A stretch of DNA of 64,000 nucleotides, from assembly GCA_039545335.1 (NCBI GenBank), contig BCIN01000009.1:310001-374000 (forward strand). The letters run 5' to 3'. Origin of the DNA: Kondoa subrosea (Eukaryota). Below, piece after piece: positions 61,196 to 64,000 of the stretch. Made by a program: the position numbers and the translations under genes. Positions within the stretch are counted from its first letter, which is position 1. Each line of letters begins with the position of its first letter. A model generated the notes under the pieces. That model was given only the letters and a program-made list of their open reading frames with translations. It ran no database searches and was not told the DNA's origin.

Positions 61196-64000
61196 ATGAA
61201 TCAAAGCAATATAGCAGGCAGTAATCAGTACCCTGGCAATGCTTACAATTATGGCTACGATGCAACGAATCAGCCTAGCTCGATGCCCTTCACTTCGCAA
61301 GCCATGGCAGGACCGTCTTATCGCACTGCAAGTCCATTTCAGCCGAATCATCAGAACCCTACCCAGGCAGGATCGCCCTACGGATACCACACAACGTCTA
61401 GACCAGCCTCTGCTATGAGTAATCCTGCTTATACTGCTCAGCAAGGCTATCCTAGTCAAAGTCCTGTGAATCAGCAAGATATGCAACAGCAGGTGTTTCA
61501 ACAGCAGTATCCCGTTCAATCAGCATATTCCGGTCAACAGCAACAAAGTTGGCAGCAAGACAATGCTCGTAGTCATCCTCGGCAAACTTCTGGCAGCTTT
61601 CCTGCTTCTATGGCTGCTTCCCCAGCTCTGGCCAATAGCCCTTATAATCCATCTACTGGTATACCAGCTCGCCCGCCTAGTGTGGCGAGATCAGAGAAGT
61701 CTTATTCCTCGCCTGCTTTACCTCATTCTGCTTTACCTCCAAGAGTTCAGCAACAGCAAATGAACGGTTACGCTCCTCAACAAGCCTACACTCAGCCGAA
61801 TTATCAAATGCAACAACAGCAACAGCTTAGGCAGTATCAAATGCAGCAACAGAGTGTCTACCAGAACCAGCAAATGATGCCTCCTCAGGCTCAACCAGTT
61901 TACCATAATCAAAATCAACAGAGTCCACCGAAGAGACAAGCTAGCCTTCCTCAAAGTGCACCGAACAATGCGGCTGCTCAACCTCGACTGCCTGACGAAC
62001 AAGTCGTTCAAGCATTACAACACTTCCTTCAGCAGGCAAATATTCAAATGACTTCTTTGCCTGCTGTCGAAGGCCATCAAGTCGATATTGTGCTGCTATA
62101 CAAGCTTGTTCAATTCCATGGAGGAGGACAGATGGTCTCCAACAAGCATCTTTGGGACACGGTAATCAATCAGATGCGAATTTTTCCCGACAGCGGACCC
62201 AACTCGCAGGAGCGTCTGAATGCCGTTGTACAAGTGTGTTGCATGTGACAGTCGCCTTTAAGATTACTGACTGCTACTAGATCTACCGAACCTATCTGCT
62301 TCAATTCGAGCACTACGTTCGGCAGCGTCTGATGAACCAAGCTTCAATTGGGCAAGGCGGACAACAGCCACAAATGCAACAGCAGCAGCCGCAACAAGTC
62401 AGGCCTCAGATTCAGCAGAATACACCAAACAATCCAGCTTACACTCAACCACCTCCTCCTGCTTTAGCTCAAGCTGCAACACCCATTGCTCCGCCTATAC
62501 AATCGCCTCATGTTCGTGTACCTTCACAAACTCAGCAGCAGCAGCAACAACAACAACAAAGACCTGCCTCTGCTACCAATCAAGTTCTCACCGAACCTTC
62601 AGCGACTTCACAGATGCCTGAACCTACTATGGCCGTACCTTTGATGCCAGCTCAACGACAAGTTTCACCTCCTGCTCCTTCTCCTGTCAGGTCACCTCTT
62701 CGAACGAACGGTGTAGCATCACCAGCTAAAGAAGAACCAGTGGAAGAGAAATTTGAAGAAGAAGATGAGGAAGAGGACGATAGTGTAGCTACAAACTATA
62801 TAAATGGTTTGGTCGCTTCTGTAAGTCAAGATTTGCCTTCGCCTAAAAGAGAAGAACCAGTAGCATCTACTTCGAAACTGAAGCCGGAAGAAGAGGGTGT
62901 AAAGCGGCGGAAGCAAAAGATTATATATCAACCGTTGAAGAGGAAGATTGACACCTACGGTGGATTGGCACCAACGGAGATTGATGAAGCAGTGCGATAT
63001 GTGGAATCGAAAAAGCGGAAACGTACAAAGAATGATATTGGTGAGTTGCGCCTATACAAATGAAGCTCAAGCTCATGGGTAAATTAGGGACTCTCGATGT
63101 CAACGCTACTATTCTATCGCTCCAATCCGGTTTACCGACTGAAGTCACTTATGCTCTCAATTCCTTGTCTATCGTTTCAGAAGCCTGCAGAACGGCTGAA
63201 TCACCAAATGGCTGCAAGTTCCCTCTAGCTGAATGTGGAGAGCTTCTCGACACACTGTTTAATCTGGTAGAAGAGGCAGCTTTTCCCGCTACAATTCAAG
63301 AAGTACCATCTGCGAATCAATCCAAGTCAAGTACGGCAGCGCAACCTTCATCTTACCGGGAACTCTACCTATTTGCTATGGCTGACAACAAGCTTCGTCA
63401 ACGCAATAGAAGACAACAAGTTGCAGCTCTTCCTCGCTCGCACATTCTTCTAAATATCCTTTGCACGCTTCGAAATTTCGCGGCATCTCTGGACAACTCG
63501 GGTACCATCTATGCTCACCCTCGTTTTATTGGCCTCCTGCTACGACTTATCAGCTCTTCGGCCCCTCTTTCACCTTCAACGGATCTAGATTGGTCCGATA
63601 TCCTCACAATTAAGAAAGATGTGCTGGTCATGCTAGCTGATGTTGGTGCAGAGCAAGACCTAGGTTGCAATTTTACCCCAGCCCAAGTGAGCGACCTTTG
63701 GCAGTTCCTCCACTTCTTTCTGGGGGAGCATTCAGCATACGATGATCCGCTACAAACCAATTCCAGCAATTCTATGGCTATCACTATTGGACATATTGGC
63801 ATATACGCAGATCTGGCACTGTCCATCCTCATCAAACTCGGTGCAGCCGATCAGAATCGAACAGTTTTGGCAGCTACTTTACCTCGAGCGGAAATTCTGG
63901 TCGATATTTACGACACACTTTTACGACTTTTACCCAGCACAGCCGATGATCTCGCGATGCTCCAAACACCTTATGATAATTTAGGCGTTACTTTGGAAAG
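61196..64000 (+). CDS. SWI1: SWI/SNF subunit Swi1/Sol1-like ARID protein, 3' partial
   Basis: Q/P-rich N-terminus, ARID (VDIVLLYKLVQFHGG..VS..HLW), YQPLKRKIDTYGG, LSLQSGLPTEVTYALN. Confidence 0.82.

Overview
Eukaryotic, intron-dense fungal genomic DNA, most likely a basidiomycete (Pucciniomycotina-like; inferred from gene content, ~50-nt introns with degenerate GT donors and CTRAC/YTGAY-type branch sites, and compact intergenic spacing). About 30 spliced protein-coding genes were reconstructed by hand, so exon boundaries are approximate. They include UBA1, a PPPDE/DeSI peptidase, an Stm1/SERBP1-like protein, a NIPA transporter, Rab5, an amidase, a MenA/UBIAD1-like prenyltransferase, a histidine phosphatase ending SKL, mitochondrial TrpRS, a signal-peptide-bearing pyrophosphatase, MAPEG, DHX35, an Ime2/MAK kinase, an M20 peptidase, homocitrate synthase, AIM41, TMEM184/OSTalpha, a TTL-family ligase, PL14, PHYHD1, a GH26-like GPI protein, C1-THF synthase, a damaged TPR-Kelch-MYND gene and a Swi1-like ARID protein. 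The standout feature is not in the ORF track: a complete tRNA-Arg(CCG) gene on the minus strand (55741-55869). It folds into a cloverleaf only after removing two inserts: a 49-nt GTACGT...TAGCAG spliceosomal-type intron at position 26/27 and an 8-nt canonical 37/38 tRNA intron.
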